Origin: the human T2T-CHM13v2.0 reference genome, Homo sapiens
Strand: one strand, 5' to 3'
Assembly: GCF_009914755.1 (NCBI RefSeq)
Contig: NC_060948.1
DNA length: 64,000 nt
A program made the position numbers and the translations under genes. The notes below the pieces were generated by a model. It had not been told where the DNA came from. It saw nothing but the letters and a program-made list of their open reading frames with translations, and searched no databases. Below, in pieces: positions 43,901 to 58,625 of this stretch. Numbering within the stretch: position 1 is the stretch's first letter; each line of letters starts with the position of its first letter.

Positions 43901-46250
43901 CTCTGACTTTATTTTCAAATAGCCTGTTTTCAATTTCACTAATTCTTCTTCTGCTTGATCAATTTTGCTATTAAGAGCCTCTGACACATTAGTCAGTATG
44001 TCAATTGCATTTTTCAACCTTAGAATTTCTGCTTGATGCTTTTTAATTATTTCAATTTCTTTGTTACATTTATCTGATATAACTAAATTTCTTCTTGGTA
44101 TTATATTGGGTTTCCTTGAGTTTCCTCAAAACAGCTATTTTGAACTATCTGTTTGAAATGTCACATATCTCTGTTCATCCAGGGTTGGTCTCTGATGCCT
44201 TGTTTAGTTCCTTTGTTGAGGTCATGATGACTGTCTTGATGCTTGTGAATGTTCACCAGTGTCTGAGCATTGAAGAGTTTGGTATTTATCATAGGCTTCA
44301 CATAGGTTTTTGTTTATCTCTTCTGAGAAGGCTTTCCAGATATTCAAAGGGACTTGGGCCTCAAGCTCAATAATTCAGTGGTTCTTGTAGACTCATAGAG
44401 GTACCACCTTGATGTTCTTGGATAAGATGCAGAAGAATTATCTGGATTATAGGGAGATACTCTTGTCCTCTTTCCTTACTTTCTCCCAAACAATCTCTTT
44501 GTGTGCTATGCTGCTTGGAGCTGGGTGTGGGTTACCATACACACCACTGCCACCACCATGACTGGGATTGTGCTGCGTCAAACCTGAAGACAGCACAGCA
44601 CTGGGTCTCACCCGAGGCCCACTGTTAGCACTACCTGGCTACTGACTATGTTCACTCAAGACCCTAAGTCTCTACAATCAGCAAATGGGGAAGCCAGCCA
44701 AATTTCTGTCCTTCCTTTCAGAATGGCAAGTCCCCCCAGGCCCCATGCAGGTCTAGAAATTTTGTCTGGGAGCCAGGGATTGGATTCAAAAACCTTAGAA
44801 ATCTCCCTGGTGTTCTATTCCTTTGCAGTTATGCTGGCTCTCAAACCACAAGACAAAATCCTTCCTGCTCTTTTCTCCCCTTTTTCCAGGCACAGGAGCC
44901 TCTCCCAGTGGCCATCACCACCACCAGCACACGGGGAATTTGCCAGGCAACCACTACTGCTCACTTAACATTCCAAGGGCTCTTCAGTCAGCTTGTGGTG
45001 AATGCCGCCAGGCCTGGGATTCACTCTACAGTGAAATAATCACCCCTGAGTCCCAGGGAATGTCCAGAAATACTGCTCAGGAGCCTAGGCCTGGACTTGG
45101 AGACTGCAAAAGCCCACTTAGCATTCTACCCCACTGGGGCTGAGCTGGTAGGTACCTAAGGTGCAAGACAAAGTTCCCTTCACTTTTCTCTCTGATTTTC
45201 TCATGCAGAAGAAGTCTTTCACTATAACCAACACAGCCTGAAATGTGCTGGGTTTTACCTGAATCCAGCACATCTCGGCCTCACTAAAGACCCATGGCAT
45301 ACTACCTGGGTATCACTCTTGGTTATTCAGGCCCCAAGGGCTCTTAAATCAGCAGATGGTGAATTCTGCAAGGACCAGGTAATTTTCTTCAAGTCAGTAG
45401 GTTACCTTCTGGTCCCAGGTGTGTCTAGAAATGTCTTCTTGGAGGTAGGGCCTAGAATGGGGACCTCATGAATCTGCCCAGTACCAGTACCCTATCCTAT
45501 TGTGTCTGTGATCCAAGATGCAAGACAAAGTCCTCTTTACCCTTTCCTCTCCTTTCCTCAAGCAGAAGGAAGAAGTCACTTTTGTTGGTGTAAGCTGTGC
45601 TGCCTGGGGTTGGGAAAGAGGTGTCACAAGCATTTCTTTAGCCTCTCTATACCTAGGTCATGTCCCATCATAGTCTGCTGACTCTAAATCCAGACCAGCA
45701 CTAGGACATGCCTAGTAAATGCAGTCCTTGTGTCTTTGACTGCCTTTCAAGTTTACCTTGGACCCCAGAGCCCTTTATCCCACAGTGGCAAGGCTTGCTG
45801 AGAAATTCAAGTTTCTGTCTCTGAGATAGATAATTCCCCTCTGGCAGGACTGATCCAAATGCTCCCTCCATGAGTGAGTGCTGGCTGAATCCAGCATGGC
45901 TTTGCTCTCTGCTGTGACAAGGCAGCACTGAGTTCAATGCCAATTCCTCCGGCCATTGTGTTCTCTCTCCCACAAGTGCACAGATTCTCTCTGCGTTCCA
46001 TGTGGTCCTTGCTAAAGGATGGGGGAGGTGTAGCATCAGTGACCCAAGACTGTCTTTCCTACCCTCTTCAGAGTCTCTTTCAGCAATAGAAAGTTAAAAC
46101 TGGGTACTCTGATTGCTCGCTTGATTTTTGCTTCTTACGATGATGCATTTCTGTGTAGTTGTTAAAATTTGGTGTTCACGAAAGAGTGGATGATAAGTGG
46201 AGGCTTCTATTCAGCCATCTTGCTCTTCCCCATGCTTCTTACTTTGACAT

Positions 46251-46646
46251 TGTATTCTTCAGTTCTCACATTGCTATAAAGGAATGACCGAGACTGGGTA
46301 ATTTATAAAGAAAAGAGGTTTAATTGGCTCATGATTCCACAGTCTGTACAGGAAGTGTCACAGCATCTGCTCAGCTTCTGGGGAGGCCTCAGGAAACTTA
46401 CAATCATCACAGAAGGCACATGGGGAGCCAGCACTTGACATGGCTAGAGTAGGAGGACGGCTGGGGAAAGTGCCACACACTTTTAAATAACCAGATCTCA
46501 TGAGAACTTATTCACTATCACAAGAACAGCACCAAGGGAGAAATCTGTCCCCATAATTCAACACCTCCCACCAGCTTCAAACTCCTACATTGGGGATTAC
46601 AATTTGACATGAGATTTAGGTGGCAACATAGATCCAAACCATATCA
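46251..46646 (-). mobile_element. MSTA-like solo LTR
   Basis: ctgtacaggaag...gcatctgctcagcttctggggaggcctcagg...atccaaaccatatca; TSD gacat/gacac. Confidence 0.88.
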
Positions 46647-46829
46647 GACACAAAAGATCAACAGAAGTCAAGCTAACTCTTATTTTCTTCTTACTTATTA
46701 TCTCTGAATTATAACTTCTCAAGAATAGAGAAAGGGCAAGGATTAATTACAAATTTTGGCTCAAACATCACATTACGATAGCTGAGCTGAGCATAAAGAA
46801 AGTAACTTAAAATATTTTTCAACTCCAGC

Positions 46830-47625
46830 TGGGAAGCAGTCTCATACAGAATAAGATTTTTCTATGATATCTGATATAATTTACCACTCTATTTTGTCTG
46901 AAAATGGTCTCTTGTTTTAGGCTTCCTTGATAACACACTGTTCTGGTTCTTTTCCTACATTTGACCATTTGTGGAAGGTTTCTTTCTTGACTGTTTGCCA
47001 TATTTTTTTTCCATTCAACACAAGTGTTCTTTAGGGTTTTATCTTCAATTCCCGTCTCACTCAATATAATGTCCCCTGATAAATTCATTTACTATTAATG
47101 TTTCAACCACCAATATGCTGACATTCAGAAATCCTTAACCCTTTCTACCCCCAGATCTGTTTCCTAATATTCAGACAAAAAAGAAAAACCTGCAATTTGA
47201 CATTTCATACATGAATATACCACAGGCTTTTCAAGGTTAGTATGTCAAAAAGTAATCTCATCATCACAACATCCTCCCTAATAGGTCTTATGTTTTCCTG
47301 TCTCTCACATCCTCATTCATGTTTCTACTATCTTAGGTCAGAAACTTCAGAGTCATTCCAATTTTTTTTTACCTCAACCCCTGCTCAGACACCTGAGTCA
47401 ACATCCTTCCCCTTGCTTATACCTTCTCTTTTTCACTCCCAATGCCTTAGGCCAGGCCTATATATTATTTTGCAGAGATGATTGCAATAATTTCCTAACT
47501 TGTCTTTTAGATTCAATTTTACACCTATCCAATCCAATCTTTATATCTTCTTAGAAGTAATCTATCTACAATGTACATCTGACAATGTCATTTTCCACTT
47601 AAACCCTTTAATGACACCATTCATA
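46830..47625 (+). mobile_element. L2 ORF2/3' relic
   Basis: tttaggcttccttgataacacactgttctggtt...tgattgcaataatttcctaact...acatctgacaatgtca. Confidence 0.65.
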
Positions 47626-48515
47626 AAGCTTCTTCTAATCTAACTCTAAGGTAAAAATAACCATCCTCTTCATTAAAATCTCTACTATATTTGTGCTCTT
47701 CTGCTGTTTTTATTGTAAGCCTGTAATTATTTTTTGTTTCCACTTGTTTACATGAGTTGGGAACTTTTAACTCAGAGAGTGATTTTATGTTTTTGTGATT
47801 CCTCTGCATTGGAAATTGAAGTAATTAGATAATTCAAAGATTTTAGTAAGAAAATAAATTAATTCAATGAAAATAAACTAACATAAAACCCACAAGCAAG
47901 CCAGTTATTTTACACTAAATCAAGCATATTAAAATGACTAGTTTTTCTGTTTTTATACCCTTCCAAACATGATGCTGGTTACAGAGAACCTGAGAAAACA
48001 TATTAGTAGAAAGTGAGGACAAAGAAGTTGAAGATAGTTTTAGAAAATGAGATATAAATAAATAAATAAGAATAAAATGAAATCAGAACATACTTAAGCC
48101 AGGCTCCCTTTACCAGCTTGATCAGATCCTCACAATCAAACAAATTGAGAGGATAACACTCATCTTTCGGGCATAAATTCCACTTTTATTTGAGTTATTC
48201 AAATGATCCAAGCTGAAACCTGTGTTTGGCTTAAACTGGTAATACAGTCAACCACTCCCCTTGATTTGAGAAAACACTAGGGAAGAGGGCTTAGCGAATT
48301 ATAATCAATCATTCTTCTTTATTCGCTTATGATAATTAGTGATTTTCTTAGAAATGTATTTAAATGTATTTTAAATGTAAACAATAACATGCTCTCAGAT
48401 TAACTCAAATGAAATATTAGATTCCCACTGTAATGCCAAACTGTTTCCTTCTAGCTTTCTAAGGCAAACATGAGCTTAGCCAATATGTTGTCACTTAAAA
48501 TAATTTATTAAACTA

Positions 48516-49461
<946 letters not shown>

Positions 49462-49537
49462 TAAACTAAGATATTTTGAAGGCTCTAAGATGTTCGATTA
49501 ATTCTAATTATATTAGTGTGTTATGTCCAAATTATAA

Positions 49538-49766
49538 CTTTTTTAAGAGACATGTTCTTTCTCATTCAGGCTGGAGTGCAGTGGTACAAACATAGTTCAC
49601 TGTAATCCCAAACTTCTGGGCTCAAGCCACCATGCCTGGCTAATTTTTTAAAGACAGGGTCTCACTATGTTGCTCAAGTTGGTCTTGAACTCCTAACCTC
49701 AAGTGATCTTTCCACCTCCAGCTCCCAAAACCTGGGATTACAGGTGTGGGCTGCTGCACCCAGTCC
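49538..49766 (-). mobile_element. Old AluJ with internal deletion
   Basis: gagtgcagtggtacaaacatagttcactg, ctgggctcaagc, agacagggtctcactatgttg; TSD ccaaattataa. Confidence 0.8.
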
Positions 49767-49807
49767 CCAAATTATAATTATTAGAACAGTGTCAATACCC
49801 CGGAATG

Positions 49808-51128
49808 TTTTCTTTTTTAACTTTTATTTTAGGTTCAGTGGTGCATGTGCAGGTTTGTTACATAGGTAAACTGCATGTCATGAGGGTTTGTTGCACAAAT
49901 TATTTTGTCACGCAGGTAACGAGCATAGGACCACATGGGTGTTTTTTCTGATCCCCTCCTTCTTCTCACTCTACACCCTCAAGTAGGCCCCAGTTTCTGT
50001 TGTTCCCCTCTTCGTGTCTGTATGTTCTCATTGTTTACCCCCTAGTTATAAGTGAGAACATGTGGTATTTGGTTTTCTGTAGCTGCATTAAAATAATAGT
50101 TTGCTTAAAATAATGGCCACCAGCTCTATCCATGTTGCTGCAAAGGACATGATCTCATTCCTTTCAACGTCTGCATAATATTTCATTTATATATATATAT
50201 ATATATGCATGTATATATATACGTGTATATATATATACACGTATATATATGTGTATATATATACGTGTATATATACATGTATATATATGTGTATATATAT
50301 ACGTGTATATATATATATACATTTTCTTTAGTCTTCCATTGATAGGCATTAAGTCAATTCCATGTCTTTGCTATTATAAACAGGGCTGCAATGAACATAT
50401 GCGTGCATGTGTCATTAAGGTAGGATGATTTATATTCCTTTGGGTATATAGCCAATAATGGGATTGCCAGGTCAAGTGGTAATTCTGTTTTAAGTTCTTT
50501 GAAAAATCGCCACTTTGCTTTCCACAGTGGCTGAAGTAGTTTACACTCCCAGCAGCAGTGTATAAGCGTTCGCTTTTCAGTGCAACCTCGGCAGCATCTT
50601 GCTTGCACCTTGCCTGGGGCCTACTTGAGGATGGAGTATGGGAGGAGAGAGAGAATCAGAAAAAATACTTATCTGGTCCTATGCTTATTACCTGGGGGAC
50701 AAAATGGTCTGTCCACCGCACCCCAGTGGCGCATAGTTTACGTATGTAACAAACCCCCACACACACCCCTGAACCTAAAATAAACGTTAAAAAATAAAAC
50801 TTTCTGGACATATTGACATCTTTCTAGTAATTATAATTTGGGGCCTAGGTGTGGTAGCCCACACCTGTAGTCCCAGAACATTCACTGGCCAAGGTGGGAG
50901 GTTCACTTGAGGTCAGTTCTCTTTGACCTCCTAGTAATAGCCATTCTGCCTGGTGTGAGATGGTATCTCATTGTGGTTTTGATTTGCATTTCTCTAATCA
51001 TTAGTGATGTTAAGCATTTTTTTTTTCATATGCTTTTTGGCCAGTATGTCATCTTTTGAAAACTGTCTGTTCTTGTCCTTTGCCCAGTTTTTAATGGGGC
51101 TGTTTGTTTTTTGCTTGTACATTTGTTT
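49808..51128 (-). mobile_element. L1PA15/16-like 3' end containing a TA-rich repeat and an inverted duplication
   Basis: ttttaggttcagtggtgcatgtgcaggtttgttacataggtaaact...ccctcaagtaggccccag; ORF HCCWECKLLQPLWK. Confidence 0.85.
50188..50320. repeat. (TA)n / (TATACGTG)n compound alternating purine-pyrimidine repeat
   Basis: Direct read. Confidence 0.95.
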
Positions 51129-51329
51129 ATAGAATGTTTTATTAAAAGGTCACTTTTATTTCTTGTATTTTATATTCTAGCTTGCTATTTTTTTTTGTCT
51201 TTTGGGGACTTGTATGCATACAGTAGTAACTCCATGGCATTCTTTTTTAAGCCTAAGCTTTAGTGGATACTGAATAATGCTTAGGAAGGAATGAAAACTA
51301 GGATAAAGAAAGAAAAGACTGAAGAAAGA

Positions 51330-52220
51330 CTTTTTTTAAAGTTTCCAATGGAATATGGCAATGGAGATGTCCAGTTGCAAGCTGAACATGCTTGGTTTGG
51401 AATTCTGTAGTGAGGTTATGACTATAGATAGAAACTTTGGAGTTACAGGCATAAAACTACAGATATGAACATGCCTGATATTATCCAGAAAGAGCCTATG
51501 GAGTCTAAAAAGCAGGTGGTGAGGATAGCTTCCTGAATATCATGAACATTTTAGGATTATTCACACTGAAGAACCTGTAAAGGGAGTAAGAGGAAATAGC
51601 CATAATGATAGAGGAAAACAAGGAGAAAGGAGTATCATAGAAATTGAGAAAGGACAATCTCATGAAGACAGTGGGCCACAGTGCAAAATATCAAAGAGAG
51701 ATGAAGTAAGATAGGGAAAGCAAAGTGACTGGAGCCTTTGGAAATACTGATCGCATTGATAAATTGGGAAGACAGGGTCTTCTATTTCAAGGGAATGGAA
51801 GGGGTTGTTGAGAAGCCAGATGATTGTAATTTGGGGACAATGGGCAGTAAATAAGCAGAGGCAGTAAATAACTACAGACTACTATTATGATGACTCTTAG
51901 CTATAAAGAAAATGGCATGATGACTAGAGAGACTTATGTTATTGACAAAGAATATAGAGATGATATCGGATGGAACAAGTTTCTTAGGAGACAGAAGAAA
52001 CAGAAGGGGAGAAATTTGTCATGTGGAGAAGAAGGGAGCCCTCTTCCATTGAGTTATGAGTGAGGAAGTAAAAGATATGTGGACATGAAGATACACAGTA
52101 CGGGAAAAGTAAGGAAGTTGTACTAATTTCTCGACTTACGGCTTCCATTTTCTCAGTGAAGTGAGAGGCTAAGTCTGCTAACACCAAAAGAGAAAGTGGA
52201 ATGTTAGGAGATTTGAGGTT
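51330..52220 (-). mobile_element. L2 relic
   Basis: ggagatgtccagttgcaagctg...gaggaaaacaaggaga...ggcttccattttctcagtgaagtgagaggc. Confidence 0.65.
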
Positions 52221-54204
52221 AAAAAAAATATAAGTCTGGAGTGGACATTGAAGAGCAACGTAAAGGAATCTGAGATCTTCTCTGTCTTCATGGTGACTAA
52301 AAATTATTGGACAATAATTAACACCCTACCACAATGTGGAAACTATAAATTTATTGTAATTTCATATAATGATTGTGCAACACTCTTTCAATATCCAGAT
52401 CAAATGGTTCTTCCACAGTGAAAATTCCTGTGATCCAAAAAAGCACTGTTTAGCCGTCCTTATTTATGGCACCACTATACCTATGATATATCTCTATAAT
52501 TGCACTTAGAATAATATATAATGAATATAAATTATTTGTGCTACATGCTGCCATCCATCCATATACTGAGCTTCTTAAAGGCATGTCTGTATTTTGGGAT
52601 ATCTCAACAAATGTTTGTTGAATGAATAAATAAGTAACCAATAATCCTCTTGAGATAGTGCATGTCCAAATGTGTATCTACAATGTTATTACTAATATAT
52701 CTTTCTCAAAATACCTTCCCAGAAACTGCTCCAACCCAGGTATCCTGACTATATAGCTTAGCTTTGTCAGAATGTGCTCAGTGCAATCAGAAGGAGAGTG
52801 AAATTTTGGTAGACAGCAAAGTAGATTAGTCTCAGATGTTCAAATTTCTGGTTTGGAAACTCAGAAAAGAACCATGTATTATAAACATGAGATTGTACTA
52901 CAAAGATAATTCTCTACATTATTTTTAAATGAAAACCTCTTTTTTCACATTTTATTTTAAGAAAATTAATTTTCTATTATACATCTTACTGGTCAATCTA
53001 TTAAAACCCATAACCAAAAACAATAAACGATTACTTTTAAAAGAGACTTATCCTTGAATTTTTTTTTTTTAGAAAACATCACATTGTGATAGTTTCTCAA
53101 ACAATCAATGAGCAAAGATAGTTCTTTCAGCCTCAAGGAAATGGACAGCAGCTCAATCTGTGTGATCTCACTCATTAGGCTGAATGTTAGCTGCCTTTGG
53201 AAAAAATATGCCAGGTTTGAATGATGTGGGGTATAATAAAGTTTTATCATGAAAATAATTTTAACCCAAATTAGGTCATTTATATATTTTAATAGCAGTT
53301 TAAATTTACTCATTCACATTGTGCAGATTATGGTCGCTCTTCTCTCACAATTATTTTGCAACCTTGTTTAGCATATGTGACTGATAGTGGGTAAATTGAT
53401 TTTTCAAGGATAAGTTAGTAGGATCTTTCCGTAAAAATCCAGGTGATGATGGAAAAATTATTTTTAAAAAAGCACACAGATATTGTCCATGTTGACAGTT
53501 ACATCTATTATTTTATGCTAACAGATTCTTTAGCAGCCTAGTGATTAAAAAACTTGGTTTTTGTTAAAAGTAGTTTCAAATTAATTATTTACTGTACTTA
53601 CCAGTCCCTTTCAGCTGATGATATACTTCTAAATTAATATTTCACATAAATTCTGCACTGAAATTTATAAGAATAAGTCATTCATCCTGTATCAGATCTC
53701 ATGGGTGTCTATTATTTTTAGGACACCTCTTACCTTATTATCTACCCACCTTTCATTATATGCATACTTTCTGGAAGTTCCACTTAGAATATGAATAATC
53801 TTCCATTTTCAAACATATAACAGAGAATATTGTTAGGGCTGTCTTATATGACAGGAAAGGAAAAACTTACATACTTTGACATTTAGCTTCCTGTAATATT
53901 GTACCCTATTAAAGAGCATTGAAATGCTATTTATGTTCTGAGTTTCAGCTATACTTTTGCTTATGAAGTTATCTTTCCCCAAACATTCCAGTTTGTTCTT
54001 CAATGGAAAAATGCAAAAAATGTGTTTGAAGATATGCATCATGTTACCTATTGGGAGGGTAAAAGAAAGCTTCAGTCAGAAACAAAAGAGGGTGGCTTAC
54101 GGAAAGGTTTTTTCCCTAAAATTATTGCATGTAATTAACTGTGAGCAAGCTTGAAGATTCATACATTACTAGTAGAACAAACAGGTTTTCCTTATTTTAC
54201 CATC

Positions 54205-54770
54205 CATCATTCATTCATTCATGTAACAGGTATTTGTGAGCACCTACTGTGTGTCTGGCAATGTTACTGGCACTGCAGAAATATCAGTAAACAAATAGGC
54301 AAAAACCTTTGCCCTCATGGATCTTACATACTTGGGGAAGATGGAATGTAAACAAAATAAATAAGTAAATTATGAAGCATATTAGAAGGTAATAAGCATT
54401 AAGAAACAAAAATAAGCAGACAAGAGGAGGTGAGGAAACATAATTTTATATAGTATCATCAGGGAAAAATTCACTGAGATGGTGCCATTTGAACAAAGAT
54501 CAGGAAACAATGAAGTGAAAAATATGGTTATCTTGGGGAAGATAATTTCAAACAGAAGGAAAGGAGATGCAACAGCTCTAAGCTTGCCTCTTTCCAACAG
54601 CAAAGAGGACTATATTGATGAAGTGGAGTGAGCAAAAATGTTGGAGAAGCTGCAGTCAAAGGAGTAAGGGGTTCAGTTGTATAGAAGCTTGATTTGGCCC
54701 TTACCTTTACTGAGATGGAAGTCATTGGAGAATTCTTAGCAGAAGAACAACATGATCTGACATAGCACAA
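54205..54770 (-). mobile_element. L2a-like 3' end
   Basis: cattcattcattcatgtaacaggtatttgtgagcacctactgtgtgtctggca...gccctcatggatcttaca. Confidence 0.8.
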
Positions 54771-55194
54771 AGGATAAAAGTAAGATTTAGCAAATCTTAC
54801 TAGCTAAGGAAGATTTCTCTTTGTTTGCCAGCTTCAGTGGGATCTCTACTTCTTTTCAGTAAAATTGGAATCTCTGTTAACACCTCTGTTGGGATTACCA
54901 CTATTTTTTTCTCCCACTGCTTCTTTGTGATTATATATTATACTGTAGATTAGCAGGGTAGACAAATTAACTACAAATGCCTAAGAACACACTGCTAAAA
55001 TCATTAATTCACACTTTGAAATGATAAGCAAAATGAACATTATAATGTTCATTACTGTGTGGTCACATGCTTTTACAGAATGCAGCTATGTATAGAATAG
55101 AATTCAGTTTTTCTTCAAACTTTTGACTCTCCAGAAATGGAACATAAACAGTCAATTAACACAGTCAAAAAAGAGTAGATTTTATATATTAATT

Positions 55195-57725
55195 ACATGC
55201 ATTATACACTGTATTCTTACAATAAAGTAAGCTGGAGAAAAAAGGTTAGTAAGGGAATCATAAGGAAGAGAAAATGTATTTACTATTCATTAAGCAGAAG
55301 TGGATCATCATAAAGGTCTGCAACATAAATGTCTGCATACTCACCTTGAGTAGGCTGACGAGGAGGAAGAACAAGAAGGGCTGGTCCTGCTGTCTCAGGA
55401 GGGGCAGAGGCGGAAAGGTGGAAGAGGCAGAAGGGGAGGCAGGCACACTCTGTGTACATTTACAGAAATATGTCATAATTTCTTTCTGAATTTTTCACTT
55501 TTTCATTTATCTAGGAGTTTTTCTATACAGTACCGATTCTTCTTCCATTATTTGCTTTAGTTTCACTGGCCATATCATAGAAAGGGCAATGTCATAAAAG
55601 AAGTCAAATGCAATCTTGAATCATTGGAACCTTTCTGCCAGATTGCCTTATGTCAATTTCTTTTCTGGCCCTGTTTCTATGTCTTCTTCTTCATTGTCTG
55701 GCACTGGTTTGGAAGCACTAATCTCCATCAAGTCATTTTCTTTTAATTTGTCTGGTGTGGGGTCTATGAGCTCTAGAGTTTCTCCAAGCCCCATATCTTC
55801 GAAGCCTAAACCCCCCTAAACACATTTTTTTAACATATTCACAATATCTTTCATGATTTCCTTGGTTAGCTCTGTTGTAAGTCCTGTAAAGTAATGCACA
55901 ACATCTGAAAACAGTTTTCTCCAGCAGAAATTTATTGTTTTGGGCTTGATGGCTTTCATGTTTCTTTCTATAACAATAATGGCATCTTCAATGGTGTAAT
56001 TCTTCCAGGCTCGCATGATGTTCTCTGTATCCAGGTTCTCTTTCATAGTGTTCACAATCCTTTCCATAGAGAATCACGTGTAATTAGCCTTAAAGGTCCC
56101 TATGAGCCCTGATCTAGAGGCTGAGCTTGACATATTGCATCTGGGGGAAGGAGACCACTTCAACACCTTTGGTGTTGAATTCACGGGGTTTCAAGTATTC
56201 TGGGACATTGTCCAATATCAAAAGAACTTTAAAAAGCCGTGTCTTACTGTAGAATACTTCCTGAGTTCAGAGACAAAGCATGGAAGGAATCAATTCAAAA
56301 ACAGGGTTCTCATTGTCCAGGCCTTCCTACTGTACAACCCAAAAGACTGGCAGCTGGTGCTTATATTTTCTCTTTAAGGCTTAGAGGTTAGCAGCTTTAT
56401 AGATAAAGGCAGTCCTGATCATAAACCCGACTGCATTTGCACAAAACAGTAGAGTTAGTCTATCCATTCCTGCCTTACATCCTGGTGCTTGATTCTCCTC
56501 TTTAGTAATAAATATCTTTGGTGGCATTTTTTTCAAGAACAGGGCACTTTTCTGCATTATAAATCTGTTCAGTTAGTTATCTCTTCTCCTCACTGTTTTT
56601 TTTAATGGCATCTAGGAATCTGTCTGTTGCTTCTTGATTGGCAGAAGCTGCGTCTTCTGTTATTGTTACATATTTTCATCCATACTTCTTTCTAAATTTA
56701 TCAAACCTTCCTTCGCTGGCATTAAATACTTCAGCTTCCGATTCTTCATCTTCCTTTTGCTTTAAATTGTCATATAATGACTTTGCTTTTTCTCAATTTA
56801 TATTAAATTGTGTAGGTCTGCCTTTTTTAGTAACAATTCTGCACCCACATAAAAGCTGCAGTTTCAGTGCAAGAGAAAAAGATATTTCACAAAATGTGAA
56901 AGGTTTTCACATATGCTGGGATACCAGTAACAATGGCTTCATGTGTTTCTTTTTCTTTTTTTACAGTGCTTCTTATGCTGGATCCATTTACCTTTAAATG
57001 GCAGGCAACCGCAGCTGCAGACCTCAATCTACGGTACATATCAAGCAAATCAACTTTTTCTTGTAATGTAATAACTTTTCTCTGCTTCTTGGTAGCACTT
57101 CCAGCATCATCAGTGGCACATCATATGAATCCCATGTTGTTACTAAAACACGGTGTTACACTAAACATGATGAAAATATGCAAGAACCATGAGAAATCCC
57201 TTTTTACTGTGACGCACAATTTACTAAGGAGACAAGCTGCTCATGTGGAGATGATCAACAGCACAGGGCATTTTAAGTGAATGCTGACAACACGAGCTCA
57301 CTGCGACAGCAACAGAAGGTGGCTATGAAATTGTAGTAGTGCACTACATACTACAGTTAATTTTATGGAGTTGTGATTTAATAACATATCTTTGTGTTTG
57401 TCTACTTTCAACTGCAAATGACACTATGTAAGGTCTGTAAGTGGTTGTATGAATAAGTTTTGATGTATTTTAACTTTTTATAACAGATTTGTGTGTATTT
57501 TATGGTGATAAATAATAAAATAGTCAAGTATCTAGGTATTTTATGCATTTACAACATACATAACTTTTTGTTATTTTTTTTCTATATGTCTAAGATATGT
57601 GGCTTGTCTGTGAGTTTTTTCAAATTGTTGCAAATCTCCAAAATATATTCCAACATATTTATTGAAAAAATCTGTATGTAAGTGGATCCGCACAGGTCAA
57701 AACCATATTGTTCAAAGGTCAACTG
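55195..57725 (-). mobile_element. Near full-length Tigger2 DNA transposon (one TIR missing)
   Basis: TIR ttgttcaaaggtcaactg plus TA at 57726; transposase remnant; left end stops before a second TIR. Confidence 0.88.
55560..57130 (-). pseudogene. Tigger2 pogo-family transposase, degraded; boundaries approximate
   Basis: ORF NIMRAWKNYTIEDAIIVIERNMKAIKPKTINFCWRKLF is typical of the pogo DDE_1 C-terminus. Confidence 0.75.
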
Positions 57726-58419
57726 TATATCAGGGTTGATTTTACAAAAGTTAAGAAAGAAGAGAAAGATCTAGTAAAATAATTAAAAGAAGAAAAAGGA
57801 AGAGATCTGTGTTACAGACCAACGAAGTCCTAAATAGAAACATTTTAAGGGTTATTTTCCTGAGACATCACTTTTGCTATTCTAGCCTCTGGTGAACAAA
57901 ATCCAGTGTGCCAAAACACTCGTGTTAAAGTAGATTACTCTATCATACATTTATTAGTTACTTTAATTTAAATCTTAAATAAAAGAGATATACATGCCGC
58001 TAATTAATTGATGGTGCAGATATCTCAAGACTCAATATAGAAGTCTGAACAATTATATTTGGCAATTAGTGCCAGGTAGACAGACATGGATAGGTAAACA
58101 GTTAAGTCTACCAAGTTAGCAGCTCCTTTCAACTTCCTTGCTCTTTCTAATGAAGTCACTTTCTTTAGCAATTTTGCTCACTACTCTTCTCAGGTTTCAA
58201 TATGCATGGCTAAAAATTTACTATCAAAACTTCTTCATTGTACTACTAGGTTTCTGGTTTTTTTGAATTTTTAAGAGTAATTTTAAGAGTGTTCCCTTAA
58301 AATGAATCAATAATCATATAACACCAGAAAATCTGACAAGCTATGAGGAAGATTCTGTAGAAGATCCTTAACTATGCATCCAAATTCACATACAACCCAG
58401 TACATTGTGGTGGTGATGG

Positions 58420-58625
58420 GTATGATCTTAAGCTTTGAAGTCAGACAGATGTGGATTTGAATCCAGGCTCCAACAGTTACTTTGTGACCCTGGACATTTA
58501 ACCTCTATTTTACACAACCATAAAACAGGGATGGCAATATATAGGGCCTATATATATTTTTGCAATTCGTATTAAGGGAAATGTATATAAAGTCTCAGGC
58601 AGGAAGAGTTAGTAATTATTATTAA
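58420..58625 (+). mobile_element. MIR SINE
   Basis: gctttgaagtcagacagatgtggatttgaatccaggctccaacagttactttgtgaccctggaca. Confidence 0.75.

Larger units (their letters stand above)
33584..46230 (-). mobile_element. Full-length L1MA2-like LINE (~7.6 kb net) with four nested insertions
   Basis: 3'UTR gatacaggcatgcaatgcataataatcac; continuous reverse ORF2/ORF1 text ([14 protein letters not shown]); 5' end ttcagccatcttgctc; host resumes after each insertion. Confidence 0.88.

Noticed and set aside
50188-50320. CRISPR-like or coding repeat
   Set aside because: Simple TA/TACG microsatellite without unique spacers; the context is eukaryotic
55816-56067. Domesticated TIGD gene
   Set aside because: Short remnant within a decayed Tigger2 that still has a TIR
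58537-58555. Palindrome atatatagg-g-cctatatat
   Set aside because: Mostly TA dinucleotides; expected by chance
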